Of a stretch of 64,000 nt of DNA, positions 63,801 to 64,000 are shown piece by piece; positions within the stretch are counted from its first letter, which is position 1, and each line of letters starts with the position of its first letter. Under the pieces are notes generated by a model. That model was given only the letters and a program-made list of their open reading frames with translations, searched no databases and was not told where the DNA came from. This DNA is from an uncultured delta proteobacterium (GTDB taxonomy: Bacteria > Desulfobacterota > RBG-13-43-22). The stretch spans positions 128,001-192,000 of the forward strand of contig CAVQFQ010000004.1 of NCBI GenBank assembly GCA_963711835.1, read 5' to 3'. Made by a program: the position numbers and the translations under genes.

Positions 63801-64000
63801 GTGGTAGAAAAAGGTGGCCGGGTCCTTATCGGCCTCTGCTACCTGGTACCAGAGGTTGGGAATTCTCCGGTCTTGCAGATAGGAACTGACCAGGGTCGTC
63901 TTGCCGCTGCCTGCCGGCCCGGAGACCCAGATGACCGGCCCGTCTTGAAAACGGTCCAGTCGCTCAAACAACCGCTCCCGGAGAACGGCTTTCCGGATGA
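60824..64000 (-). CDS. MalT-like STAND NTPase with TPRs and C-terminal wHTH-BTAD (SARP) domain; frameshift near 61975; start lies beyond the window
   Basis: GPAGSGKTT, LVLDNF, GWAAGL, YQYHPLF; WPWPLKVTTLG, LWPEADGD, LHRLR, YQGYF BTAD. Confidence 0.9.

Overview
A GC-rich chromosomal window from an anaerobic bacterium, probably Desulfobacterota (inferred from gene content: PxxKW protein, Re-citrate synthase-like enzyme, pilB/pilC/pilS, methylmalonyl-CoA cluster). Most of it is housekeeping (glgA, TRAP transporter, polA, hisS, aspS, prfB with its programmed frameshift, lnt, hisHF, tlyA, dxs, ispA, xseAB). Three accessory patches interrupt this: about 3.9-11.4 kb downstream of tRNA-fMet, about 33.6-35.7 kb (toxin-antitoxin genes), and about 58.4-64 kb (a STAND/BTAD regulator locus). 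The best hidden signal is a MerB-like protein at 5237-5944 that the ORF track splits into pieces. It is one reading frame with two in-frame UGA codons at the two expected catalytic Cys positions, each followed by a GGUC-loop SECIS-like hairpin, so it is probably a double-selenocysteine organometallic lyase. Other points of note are a BTAD regulator / small protein / secreted protein module with a candidate operator, single genes bracketed by short direct repeats, IS200-type end hairpins, and an ATC start codon. Many single-base indels, including one in the essential aspS, suggest sequencing errors, so most apparent pseudogenes should be treated cautiously.
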